The notes beneath the pieces are model-generated. The model did no database searches, was not told the origin of the DNA, and was given only the letters and a program-made list of their open reading frames with translations. A stretch of 64,000 nt of DNA, taken from Tubulanus polymorphus. Lineage: Eukaryota > Animalia > Nemertea. The stretch is from assembly GCF_964204645.1 (NCBI RefSeq), contig NC_134031.1, positions 310,001 to 374,000 of the forward strand, written 5' to 3'. The position numbers and the translations under genes are program-made. Shown piece after piece: positions 25,204 through 37,900 of this stretch (the stretch's first letter is position 1; each line of letters opens with the position of its first letter).

Positions 25204-27535
25204 TTATTCTTGTAGTTCATTATTAATGATAGTATTAAATCCTACAGCTGCTGGCGGTGTCGGACTTAAGGTGAAATTATCGGTTAAAGCAAACTCAGTT
25301 CCCTGTGAGGGTTCACCGTGAGGAGTTAACACAAACTCATTGGCAGGTGAGGGTTCACCACTAGCAGCGTGTTGGTGAGGCGGGGGAGTTAAAGCGAACT
25401 CATTCGCCTGCGACGGTTCAATGTGGTGATGAGTTAAATCGAACTCACTTGCCGCAGGTTGTGTTAAACTGACCGGTATATCGTCTGTAACTGATATATC
25501 ATCATCTACATCGATATCTTCATCTTCCTCATCATCGCAACTTTTGTCATCGTTATGTTTGGTCTCGACGTGTGACGTCAGCGAGAAACTCGAGTCTATC
25601 ATACTGTACGGAACCGCTGCAGCAGCAGCAGCAACAGCAGCAACTGCAGCTACGGGATGAGTTGTAACCGCTACTTCTGACGTCATTTCCGTTTTGTCGA
25701 TGAAATTACGAATTTCGTCGAAATACGAATCGTCTTTTTCCTCGAGGTGTTCGGCAGGGGGAGAATCTACGACAATCGGTCCGTCAGATTCGTGTTTCTT
25801 CAAATGTCGATCGAGATTTGTCTGTTGCCCGAAACATCGATCGCAAAGAGGACATTTAAACGGTTTTTCTTTATTGTGTATGTTTCTGACGTGTCGTTGT
25901 AAATTCGATGAAATACTGAACGATCGTTCGCAGTATTTACATTTATACGGTTGTTCACCGGTATGCGTGCGCAGGTGACGCGTTAAATTCGCCGAACGCG
26001 GGAAAATTTTACCGCAAAATTTACACGAATAACGTTCTTTCATTTTAGCCGCGTACGGGGAGAATTGATGGTGCGTTTCGGGCGCCGGTTTTCCCGTTAA
26101 TTTCATCATTGTGGGTAGATCTTTAATCTGACCGGTGCCGTAACCGATCGATGCAGCCAGTGGCCCGTACGCGCTGTTTGAAGATGCCGCTAATGCGGCG
26201 TATCTCTGATGCTGATGCTGGGCGTACGCCATCATTTTTGTCGCCTCCTGAAACGATGAATATTTAGCGGCATGATCGACTCGATACATCGGATCTAACA
26301 GTAACGGGTTCGGGAACGGGTAACCTCCCAGCGCCGCCAGTTTATGTGTTTGCTGATGTTGTTGTTGTTGTTGTTGTTGATGATGATGAGTTGTTTTACG
26401 AGTTGTTTTAGGAGTTGTCGTCTGCTGATCTCCGAACACGTGCGTTTTATGAGAAGTCGTCGATGTATTTTTCACCGTTAAATCCAGCGGTTTCTCCATC
26501 TGTCCCGTCGTCGCTCCTGACAACGGCGGGTTTTCCCCGGATTTCGACGCCGGAAGTTTCGATAAATCGATCAGTTCCGGTTGTTTCTGATTGGATTGTT
26601 TCGTTAAATCGAACGGTTGCTCTGCGACGGCGAAATGACGCTGTGGTCGGCATGGTAACGAGTGTTGGATCGGTGCAGAAGGTATGCGCAGTTTCGGGTA
26701 AGATGAAATGACGGGCGATTTTTTGCCGGCCTCGTTCTCGATATCGGAATGTCTGTTCTCGCAGTCGCTGTTAGAAGTGGTCGGGGATAGATCGGATCCG
26801 TTTCCATCCGAACCTAAATTCTTTTTAATCGGAGTTGAATTGATGGAGTCGTTTAAACTCTTCACCGCTGCGGCATGCGGGAGAAGGTTATTCATACCGG
26901 ACAGTGCTGCCATCTGCATTGCGGCTAGCGGATGTGTCGGAGGGAATGCTGGGAAACTCGCGTGTATCGGGGGATAGAACGGGTAGGGGGGTCGAGGGCT
27001 GTAGAAATTCAGATAATTCGACGGTAGCGCCGCGGTGTGAGAATTAGGAACTGCTCTCATTGACGCGGGTTTCGGTATGTTTCCGGGCGCTCCGGTCTGG
27101 AACTGTGCGAGGTTCGAACCGGCGGTCCTCATGGCGCCCTCGCAGAAGCGTTTATGTTTACTGAGTGACGTCACAGTGGAGAACGCCTGCCCGCAATCCT
27201 TACATTTAATCTGCTGTCGACAGTCGGCATGCATTCTCTTATGTCGACATAGATTAGAGAATTGTGTGTAGGCTTTTAAACACACTTCACACTGGAATGG
27301 TTTAACGCTACTGTGTATGTGTTGGTGTTGTTTCAGTCCGCTAGAGGTCGCGAATGTCTTCCCGCACTCGTTGCACGCGTGTGACCGGGCACCCACGTGT
27401 TGTGACCGGATGTGACGTTGTAGATTGCTTGGATCTGTAAATGTTTTATCGCAGTGATCGCAAGGGAAATGTCTCTCTCCATCTTCACCTTCTACTCCCT
27501 TCCATCTATCGCTGTTATAGCTACTCGTTTCAGAC
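25204..27535 (-). CDS. Prdm3/16 (MECOM): Large terminal coding exon of a Prdm3/16 (MECOM/EVI1-PRDM16-hamlet) C2H2 zinc-finger transcription factor; 5'-partial
   Basis: 784-aa ORF with near-identity to EVI1/PRDM16 fingers: [59 protein letters not shown] (27142-27468) and [32 protein letters not shown]...[41 protein letters not shown] (25792-26031). CtBP motifs PFDLT (26602-26616) and PLDLT (26476-26490); acidic DDEEDED tract; TAA stop at 25204-25206. The track's 'MFYFLFN' start is a TTG inside a polypyrimidine tract, so the exon is trimmed to the AG acceptor. Confidence 0.96.
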
Positions 27536-27560
27536 CTGTTGAACAAGAAATAAAACAATC
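27536..27560 (-). other. 3' splice acceptor (phase 2) of the Prdm3/16 exon
   Basis: Minus strand reads ttgttttatttcttgttcaacAG|GTCTGAA: pyrimidine tract plus CAG. The exon starts on the third base of a codon. Confidence 0.8.
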
Positions 27561-28165
27561 AATTCAAACCTACATAATCACAACTTCAGAACAAGTATGT
27601 CTGACTACATAATCCCCCAATGACATCATCAATATGTCTAATGGAAGCTGCTACTGTCGGGTATTCTATGTTTCACGACTCGAAGATTTTCGAGAAGAAA
27701 TTTTCAAGACTGTTGTTTACACGAGTTTAGATATCTCTTGATTCATAACCCGGTTTATACCGGTACTTAAACATGGCTCATTTATATCAGAATATAATCA
27801 ATTTAAAACATATATATTTTCAGACATAAGGTGTTTAAATAGAGGTCTATAATACTATGTGAGAAACTTACATTCCATCCTCGCTTTCCCCTGAATGTAG
27901 TCCTGATTCCATTGAACTATGAGTGTCGTGAATGTGATTACGATGTCTGTCTATAAACTCTCTGTTTAACTGAGCGAACACTACATTGTTGTTATTGTTT
28001 TTACACGTATAAATTCGATGTTGTTGTAACATGATGGAAGATTGAAAACTGTCACCGCACTCGCTGCAGCAGTGGTGCTGGTGCTGGTGGTGATCTATAA
28101 AATATAATCATTTATATTTACATTATTAGTTTAAACAGTAACAATTCCATATGGTTGAAGTAGTA

Positions 28166-28420
28166 TGGATCCATTTCCATAGTTCTATGACCAGTTGCTC
28201 AAATAGTGTGAAAGGTTTACCGCTAGTACCCAGTTCCACAGTTGTTAGTGTGACCCTGGACCCGGTTCCACAGTTCTGAAACCGGCTCAAATAAAGCTAA
28301 CCATTCGACTCTACAGTCTCTAAACATAACCAATAAACTATGGAACTGTGGAACTGTGGAACTGTGGAACTGTAGAACTGTGGAGCTGTGGAACTGTGTG
28401 GAGCTGTGTGGAGCTGTGTT
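28166..28420. mobile_element. MITE with repeated left TIRs and a right TIR expanded as a 9-bp (AACTGTGGA) array
   Basis: CTG|GACCCGGTTCCACAGTT ... AACTATGGAACTGTGGAACTGTGG... Confidence 0.6.
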
Positions 28421-28939
28421 GACCAATGAGCATATGCTCAATATTCAAACGTAAACCCACAGTAAACTGATAATCCTAATCTGACCTGATAATCCTTATC
28501 TGACCTGCACCCAGTGCTCTGTCTCGCTACTCGCCAGAGATTGATAAGAAGAAAAAAATGTTTTAAGATTTTTACAGCCGGTGAAATTGATTTATTCTGA
28601 AAATTCCCCGAGATTTTTGAATCACGAAGGTCTGAAAGAATGGTCAAACCGACTTCCTGTTCCTGTTAGATTCATGAGCACATGAGTTTCATCTCGGGTC
28701 ACGTGACTCGAGGATGAGTTTAAAAAATAAACAACTCATGACCACAAAATAATTTTGATTGTATCTGATTCATGAACTCGACTGCCAGGGCTCAGACCAG
28801 TTTTAACTTTCTGTAAAAACCTCGCTTTCTGAAATATTCTAAATTCAATTGATACTATTCATCATGTTACTATTTTCAAAGATCCTGACTTCAGACCCAG
28901 GTCCCGTGTCCAGGGTCCGGGTCCGGGTCCAGGGTCCAG

Positions 28940-29014
28940 GGCCCAGTTATACAGTCGTGACTTCAACTCCGAAGTGTAATTGCCACAGAACAGGTCTTAA
29001 TGTGTAACTGGTCC
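28940..29014. mobile_element. Short MITE of the same TIR family
   Basis: CAG|GGCCCAGTTATACA ... TGTGTAACTGGTCC|CCG. Confidence 0.5.
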
Positions 29015-30331
29015 CCGATATAAATGTTTAATTCAACTGATTTTGTACCAAATAAATTCAGTTTATATTCATTAGTTTCACTGTAGCCTTATATCAAGAA
29101 AATAGAGTTACGATATATTGAAATACACGATGATCCAGAGTTCGTCGCGGGTAAGTTTTAAATCATCACTCAAGGTTAGTTCATTTTCGATATTTCAACT
29201 CAAATCTTAACTTAACTCTCAATCTGTCGATATTTTTTTAAAACAGAGGATTTAAGAAATATTCAGTTTTGTCCTGTCCAATCTGCGGTTTACATTAACG
29301 GATAAAATTGTGTGGTTTAAACAATTCGAATAGTTTTAACGGATGATAAATTCACCATGGTGATCGTTCACATACAGTCAGGTATGCGAACAGACGGCAG
29401 GCACACTGAGACAGACGACAGCGCAGAGGAATCAAAAACCTGAACTATAAAAAACCCCTAAATCATCGCTTGAAAGAAGTGCTTGTAAAATTAAGCTATT
29501 AAACGCGTCACTGATTTCCGACACTTTGAATTATCTTCCACTATTAGACGCGCTATCTATTTGATTCTATTCTGATTCTATTCTGATTCAAACAATTTCA
29601 ACTCTGTCACTTTTTAACAATCGGCCCCGAGTTTTCAACCTATAGTTATTACATACAGTGTTATTATACAGTGTTCTATATATACATATCTATATCCCAC
29701 TTTACGACGTTCTCTAATCATTGACCGAAACATCGAGTTTCTTTTAGATTCTCAGATACATATAGCTTTTAGGATTTCGATTTGGTTGTTGATACATAGG
29801 GCAACACAGTCCAGTGAACTCACATCAAGTGGTCGTTGTTCAGTTGATTATTGCGTTGATGATTTATCCAAATGACGACTTGCATTTAGTAAATTTAATA
29901 GAGATGACTTCAGTAATACAATGACTTATCCAAATAACGACTTACGCAAGTTTGACTTGAGTAGGTTTGTTATTACAGGTATAGTTGTATAGTGTTTATA
30001 CTAAAAGTGCCAGTTTAAAACCATAACATACAAATAATTCATAGATCCAACCCTTAAATATATTACCTAACAACAATTACACGCTTGGAAACTGATAATT
30101 AGAATTCACTCTAAAATATGTATAATCCAGTACTGTAATAATTACAGCACTTAACAGTAATGGATGTGAGTATTAATTCTAATCGCGGATTATCTCAAGA
30201 TTACAATCAGTATCGTAATAACTCGGGACTGAAGAATTATTTTACTTTAAGCGTGAAATAAATCAAGCTCTGTAATCAATCAAATTATCGGGCTGTTGTC
30301 ATTGGCAGCAAAATTCTCATCTTTCGAACTG

Positions 30332-30508
30332 CCCCCCCCCCCTAAATAACCCGCAACACAGTTAAATAGCTGCCCCTTCCCTCGCGAGCCCCCCTCTCCG
30401 CCCCCCCTAAATAACCCGCAACACAGTTAAATAGCTGCCCCTTCCCTCGCGAGCCCCCCTCTCCGCCCCCCCTAAATAACCCGCAACACAGTTAAATAGC
30501 TGCCCCCT
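30332..30508. repeat. 65-bp tandem repeat x~2.7
   Basis: CCTAAATAACCCGCAACACAGTTAAATAGCTGCCCC repeated three times. Confidence 0.9.
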
Positions 30509-33500
30509 TCCCCGTAACACATAGCTTTATACCACATTTTATACGAATTATCAATAGGCTGTTCTCATAAAACAGAGTAAATATTAATCCTGATTCTATA
30601 AGTAAAATCCAAATACGGTATTAGTCAGTCGTCAGTATTTGACTGAAGAAGTCTCTATTTTTGAGTCCTAATTTGTATTTCTAATTCAATTTACTAAATG
30701 TTTAAATCCTTATTTGAATAATTTATCAGACATATCGATTAACTAAGACATTGCGTTAAGCAGCGAGTTTGAGGTATTTAAAATCCAAGAATCATTTACA
30801 AGTCACTATTTCATAACTGTACCTTGTCTATTGTCAGAAGAGTTAGGTCTATGATCTGTAGCATAGTTAGAACCCGCTCCTGGTAATTCCTGCGGAGGAT
30901 ACAGCAACATTATTATCTAGTTATCTGTAATACAATAAATAGATACATTCAATAAAATATATAAATTATGTAAATAAAATCAAAAATCTAAAATATAGAA
31001 ACATCAGTTTATCCAATCAGGATACGTTTAAGCAAATTCGTACGAATCAGAATAAATAGACACATTGAAAATCCAAAAATGTGATAATTGATGAAATGAA
31101 ATCAAGTGACGAATTCTTACTGCTGTTTTAGGACGCTCTGTTTGAGATGTGTTCACAGTAACAGTAAAACTGAACTAAATGTGACCGACACATTCTGAGG
31201 AAGTCCTTTTATACACTAAACATTGAAAGTGCTACTTCGCACCAGCCTTTACATTTAATCCCTAAACATTGATTAATTTTATTTCTCTCAATAACAGAGA
31301 GTGGTTCATTATGTAATGAGTCGGTTTTGGGGTCCCGCACAAACAACCTGTTAAACAACCGCTGAATTACAACAACCAATTCTCATTGTTTAAAGATTAA
31401 CTCATAATGCGTCTTACACGGCAGGAAAGTGTTAAATATTAGTTTCATAATGAAAATGTGATATTGAATCATCTGTTTTGTAATTGGTTGATTTTACGGC
31501 AGCAGTGACCACTGACTTTATTACAAATACTTAGAATTGACACGTTACTTTCGCTAAAGTCACAAGAGTCAAAGTGTTTAAAATCATGTACATTCTAATT
31601 CTATTTGAATAAAGAATTGAATGGTTTGAAGTTGAGATTATTGAAAGTGTTGTTGGCGACACATTCTCCACGTGTCGTATCCATGGCCTCAACAATCGTC
31701 TCCATATTTACACAGAAATCTAGATATATTTTCTTCGACAAAAATGGCTACAGAAAGTCTGAATAATTCGCTCGTAAAAGGATTACGTAACTGATTAATG
31801 AACTCTTTAATTAATTAATTAACTGTTAGCGCCGTCACCGGCGAGTTGAGTAACTAATTACTAAACTCTTGGTATTGTCGAGTCGCGTGTTGTTTCGAAG
31901 GAAATCTATGAATTCTTTATATGAAATTTTACTCATTAAATTTGATAGAAAAAAAAATCATTCAATTCAATTCTGGTGGAGCGAGCAGAGCTCCGTCCCG
32001 TTTCTGTCACAGAGATCCGTCCAGTCGCTGTCTATAGGCGAGCAGACCTCCGTCCGTTTCTGTCTGATAGACGACAGATTTTAATTGTAGATTCCAAAAA
32101 CAGGTTTTTGAAGACACCATTCTGAATGTAGTCTTATATTGTTCAATGTCAAATGAGTTAAATGCCCCCTGTTGAGACTGGTTTCCGATACTATTTAGAC
32201 TGGTGCCCTTATAAGTGACTTATAGAATAGGATACAATAATAATCGCACTTGTTATTGACAGGGGGTCTAAAGGAGTTTAGTCAGGACCTTGCTTGTCTG
32301 CTTTCACTTTATAACTGATTAAGTTAATTGAGATATCAACTATTCTATACTCCAGGAGTAATAATCTGTTTGTAATTGAGTTAAGTATCAGTGATTGACG
32401 TAATCCGGGTTTAATCTCTATTTTCATATCAGTTATTTTTATTCGACGGTTCGATTTTTTGCGAAAGATTCATCACAAAAACAGAATAACAACAAAAATA
32501 TGAATCCATTAAAAACGACAGTTTATCATCACGATGGTTATAATTTTGTGTTTCTAGTTTTTTATCGATGTTTGATATTCTGTAGTTAATTGTTCTAATG
32601 AGGAGGTTTTTAATGTTTATCGCCGAGAAGGACATGAATGAATTGTGATACATTATCTAAAACAAATACCTTCAATCTGGTGAATATCAGATAAAACAAG
32701 TATTCATGAAATTAGACCCTATTGCGGGGTAGCGAAATGGGGCTTCACAAGTCCCCCCCTTCCCTGAGTAGTAAGGTGGATTCTAATAAATATTGTGAAA
32801 TCATTTTCCCACGGTTTTCACCTAAAAACCCGTGAAAAACTGTTTAAACTGTGAAATACAGAAACAGCACTGACTGGCAGACAATGCGCGGAGGGGATCA
32901 GCAGATACAGATTACATACTATTCATTATATTTAGTATTTTATAGAATTTACACAATTTGAACAGATCCTGAAGTAACGACGATTTCATGATAATTTCGA
33001 ATCGTTACTTTGCATGAAAAGATAAAGTACTTTTACATGATTTTGACCCAATTTTAAGACCACATTTTACTCTTTCTCTCTCTCTCTCTCTCTCACTCTC
33101 TCTCTCTCTCACTCTCTCTCTCACTCTCACTCTCACTCTCAATGTCTCACTCTCACTTCATGCTCGGAATATCTAATTAAGATACGTTAATTGCAAAACT
33201 GTTTTTGATCAATTGTGTTTACATTGCATTAGTTTATTCATACCGAATAGATCTAGACAATTAAAATTGAAGCCCCTGAATTTAATGAAATTTATATCTT
33301 AACATTTATATTTTCAAGGCAAATGAAATGATTAATTTAGATCGATGTGTATTTATCATCAGTAGTGGTGAAACCTCGAATTCTAATTCCACATTAAACC
33401 GTAAATATCAGACCCGATCAGAAACCACATTCTAGAAATATGATACGCGGTCTTTGTTTAGCGATGTGAAGGTTAAAAAAGAAAATAGAAAATAGATAAT

Positions 33501-33616
33501 TAATTGAAAATTAAAAGAAAAAAGCGAAAAATGACAAAATATCGTCGAAAGAACTGACCTGATAAGATAGCGGAACAGTGATAATCCTGATGTGGTTGTG
33601 TGTTGATTGTATTCAC

Positions 33617-33780
33617 CTGTGATGAACTAAACTCTGATTCTTCGCACACCTGATCATTAATAGAAATACAATTGATGTGTGCGAGTCACTGACTCAGTGC
33701 GACTATATTTATAACTCCACCTCGTCGCAGTCATCGACCAATAAAACCATTCTGGGTGGAGTGATATCGTTTGATTGGCA
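33617..33780 (-). promoter_or_regulatory. Candidate internal promoter plus 41-nt coding micro-exon (ATG 33657 to donor 33617)
   Basis: Minus strand: CCAAT (33774-33778), reverse CCAAT (33738-33742), GGGTGGAG box, TATAAATA (33706-33713), TCAGT overlapping AP-1 TGACTCA (33688-33696), then ATG ATC AGG...CAC AG|GTGAAT. This phase-2 donor is compatible with the 27535 acceptor. Confidence 0.35.
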
Positions 33781-34302
33781 GTCATTGACGGTCGCCAACT
33801 GCTGCTATCATTGAGCTGAAAGTGTCACGGCGGTTGCTGCGTATTTGAAGATGTTTTATATTGAAATGGTTCTCAGTTTCTGACAGGTTTTTGTGATATT
33901 TTAAAGACCTCACATTCAAACCGGTTCGACGCTTTATTTAGTTATCAGGTTCAACAACAGGTGGCAGCAGCAGCTAGTGGCAGTCATGGCCAGCTGAATA
34001 TTCGTGCCCGCGGGTCTGGGCGGGGTACCCGGACCCCAGTGCCCAGCCGGGTTTCACTCCCTCACCCAAGTTGACACATTCTTCTGGACGCGATCGCTAG
34101 TTTTGACTCCTCTTTGCTTGTACTGCCCGGGTTTGACCCCCATCCACTCAGTTGGGTATAGGCCCCTATTACTTTGAGCCGCGGCATCCTGTTTATCAGT
34201 TGCATATTTTAAGTGATGTATTTCATCAACAGGATGTAGATACATTAACGAGATGAGGTGATAATTCAGAGGATGGAATAATGACGAGAGAGGAGACTCA
34301 GG

Positions 34303-34413
34303 TAGACTGAGGAGGGAGAGAGGCCCGACAGTCTCAGCGAGACTGAGGAGGGAGAGAGGCCCGACAGACTCAGCGAGACTGAGGAGGGAGAGAGGCCCGA
34401 CAGTCTCAGCGAG
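34303..34413. repeat. 36-bp tandem repeat x3
   Basis: GAGACTGAGGAGGGAGAGAGGCCCGACAGTCTCAGC. Confidence 0.85.
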
Positions 34414-34942
34414 AGGAGAGAGAAAGAGAGAGGTGATAGGGAGATGAGAGAGGAAAGAGGGAGTGAGAGGAGAGAGGTAATAGCAGTGATAGAGAGAGAA
34501 GTGATAGTAAGATGAGAGAAGAGAAAGAGGTGATAGGGAGAGGGGGAGAGGATAGAGAGGAGAGAGGGGAGAGGGGAGAGGGGAGAGGAGAGAGGGAGAG
34601 GGGGAGAGGGGGAGAGGGAGCGTGGATAATGAGTGTGGTTATATAGGTGAGTGTTTAAACCCGATTGATATGTATATAAATCAAGCAGCTATAACTCTAT
34701 GAGTTACTGATGAGAAATAGAGTTCATTGTGCCGAACTCTTATTTGATAACATGTATCTACATTAAAATGAATCGTTTTATAAAACAGCAGCAATAAACC
34801 CGACGATGTGAGCAGACGATTTATAGCTACAACTTCATCCATTTCCGCTCATATCAACTGACATTGTTTTCCCATTTCACGAAGTTTTCCACAGGTTTTT
34901 AATGTTGTTTTTCTGCGGATTTATGACTCAGAGACGACGCGA

Positions 34943-34986
<44 letters not shown>

Positions 34987-37900
34987 AACACGCGGGCTCC
35001 TAGAGACATTATTATCAATCTCTCCAGCAGTCTGACGCCCTCCACCCCTCACACCTGACCAAACCCCTTCAACCAAACGTAGTTCGATTTATTGTAAAAA
35101 AGCTGATAAAAGATGCCTCGTTTGAAGTTAATTTTCTACTAAAACTCGCAGTTGGTTCCCGGCAGGTGTAACTGGTGGGTTTTTTTAGGACTGTTCAAAA
35201 AGGAGTAAAAGCATCAGATCTGTCAACAATGTTTTAATAATTCCTTTATCAAGAAGATAACTTGTCTTATTTGTATATCATTTAAATTTGGTAATCAATT
35301 AGTTGTAAATTTATAAATCAAAAGTCCATTTAATTTAATTTCAAATTTTAATTCCATTTTTACTGATTTAGTCTTGATGAGGCTATCCAAAAATTGTATT
35401 TAGTTAATGTAAGATAGTCGAGTATTTCGACCATGTCAACTTGCGGATAACTCACTTATATAAACGACTCAACCGATAGATTTATATTTTCAGTTTTTAA
35501 CGTTTTGTCGAAATGTCTCGTGTTTTTAAGTTCAATTTCAGTTAAAATGTCACAGGTGAAATCATGAAATGAAATCTTGTTGACAAGAATGAGAGTATTA
35601 GGTTTCAATCGATAGAGTTTGGGAAGACTGTGTCCAGGATGAGGTGACGCCGCATGGTTCGGTCAAGAGTCACGTGGTTAACCTCCTCGCCCCATTTTGC
35701 ACTGATAACTTTTTTCAGATGTAGCCTCTAAGAGGCTATCAAAAAACTTTTTTTATATTAGATTGTCAAGCATTTCAAACCGATCCCAATAAGGTGGAAC
35801 GACTTTATAAATGACGCCAGCATTGTTTTTCGATTTGGTGTTTACGATAATTTGTTTTAATAATTTAATCTGCATTTATAAACTCATAATTAACTTATTT
35901 CAGAATGTATCACTATTGATTATCGATCGTTTTTTATTCCAAATGAATTTCTGTGGCAACTTTTTATCAAATCATCGAGATTATCATAAAACATTTAGTG
36001 AATAGTGTCTCGGTTCGCCGATAGACGACGCCAGTGTACGTCATTGTACGTCTACTTCGAAAAATATTACAAAAACTATTTTTTGAAAGCGGAGAAACAT
36101 TTTTCAGAATAAATTCGTATGAAACTTGGAGATAAAACTGTTGTATAATTTTTGCAGGACCTAAAAACAGGATTTAAGTCCCTGAAAATCTGCATTATTC
36201 CATTTTCTAAAATAAATGTTATGTTTATAAATGTATTGAGATGTGATGTTTGAATATCAGATAAGATGAAAGTTAGAGAGAGATTGAGAGATTGAGAGAG
36301 AGTTTGATTTGACGCAGTCACGAAGTTGAAGCATTAATTGTATATGACGCTTCACTGATTTCATGCTGCTTACTTCCGTGGTTAAGAATATCACAATGTG
36401 CATTAATCCATTCTGTGTGATGCGCCGCGATACGAGACGCGGAGAGAGAGAGAGAGAGGAGAGAGAGGAGAGAAAGAGAAAGAGGTTTATCCCATTAAAA
36501 CCACTGATATCTTATGTTCCTTTAGTCTTTATTACATGTTGTTATGATTCATACTGAGTTATTGTTTCACCCGATTCTCTGTCGCTCATTTTTTGATGAA
36601 TGTTGTTTTATGTTTTACCTCAGAATCATAGATTCTTTTTGTCCACGTAATAAATAGAAATAAACCTTTAGATTCAGAACAAATTCCGGTCGAAATTGGT
36701 AATAGCAACTGGGGATTGGGGAAGGGGTGAAAGGGAGGTCGGGATGGGGGTATCTACCCACTGTATCCCCCTCCCGACCAGCAGACGGGCACGACGCAAT
36801 GGCTGCCAAAACCCTGGATGAACGAGTCTGACCTTTAACAGCGGACCATAAATTTAAAAGGAAGTGACATGCTCCATGGGGTATAACTTACTGCCCGAGG
36901 ATTGTTCACCGAGCCGCAGCCCCCAAGGTTGATTAGCGCCCCTCCCCCCCCCACAATAGAAATACCATACTACATATACCAGGGGAGGAGATATCACTCA
37001 GCCGTCTCCTTCAAGATACATCATCTCCCCCCGCTAGCAGACACCACGCTCTACCCCCCCCCCCTCACCCCTCGAGAGGTGCCACGTTCCCCATCACCGT
37101 ACTCTAACCTCTTCCCCCGAATAGGCATAAACCCCCCCATCCCCTCTAGAGAGGCGTCATGAGGCGCAATGTTTACAGTTATTCCCAACCACTTAAGATT
37201 TAATAGATATTCAATCTGTGAATGATGGATAGTTTTAAAGATGTTTCACGGTGTTGAAATGAAATCATTGAATCGTGAAGTTTATGCATGACTTTCTCTT
37301 TACTTGAAGCATTCATACCGTAATTTCCTCGCACAATGATGATTAATGTCCTAGATAATAAAAAATGTCAGGAAGCAGCGACGAGTCGACGTTAGGTCGA
37401 CGGTCGGTCTATTGTGTCTGTAGGAGAGGAGGAGGAGATGGAAGACTCCGCGCACTGCAGTCTCGAGCTGGAGCCACTCGACACACTGTCACTTCTAGTC
37501 TCACATTCCACTGTAATGACTTATTACATTGTAATACTCTAATGAATTATTATATTGTAATGCATATATTCTTAAAAAAGGAACTCAGTTTTCAGGAGGA
37601 AGAGAACGGTTTAATTGATTTGAATCAGTGCCGGCAGCGCGTTGAGTTGGAAACTTGATCTCGGATGTACCCTCTCCCCTCTCTCCTCTCTCCTCTCTCC
37701 TCTCTCTTTTCTCCTCCTCTCCCTCTCCCCATCTCTTCTCTCTCACCTCTATTTTCCCCCTCCCTCTCTCCCCCTTTCTCCTCTCTCCCCCTCTCTCCCA
37801 TCTCTCCTTTATCCTCTCTCTCTTCTCCCCGTCATCTCTTCACACAGTATGCACTGATGCATTGTTGGTCATTTCTCATCTCGTATGTGAAAAATCTTCA

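Noticed and set aside
25694-27271. Antisense and alternative-frame ORFs overlapping the zinc-finger exon
   Set aside because: Shadow ORFs with no recognisable motif.
27536-27558. ORF-track N-terminus MFYFLFN
   Set aside because: TTG start inside a polypyrimidine tract ending in CAG; interpreted as intron.
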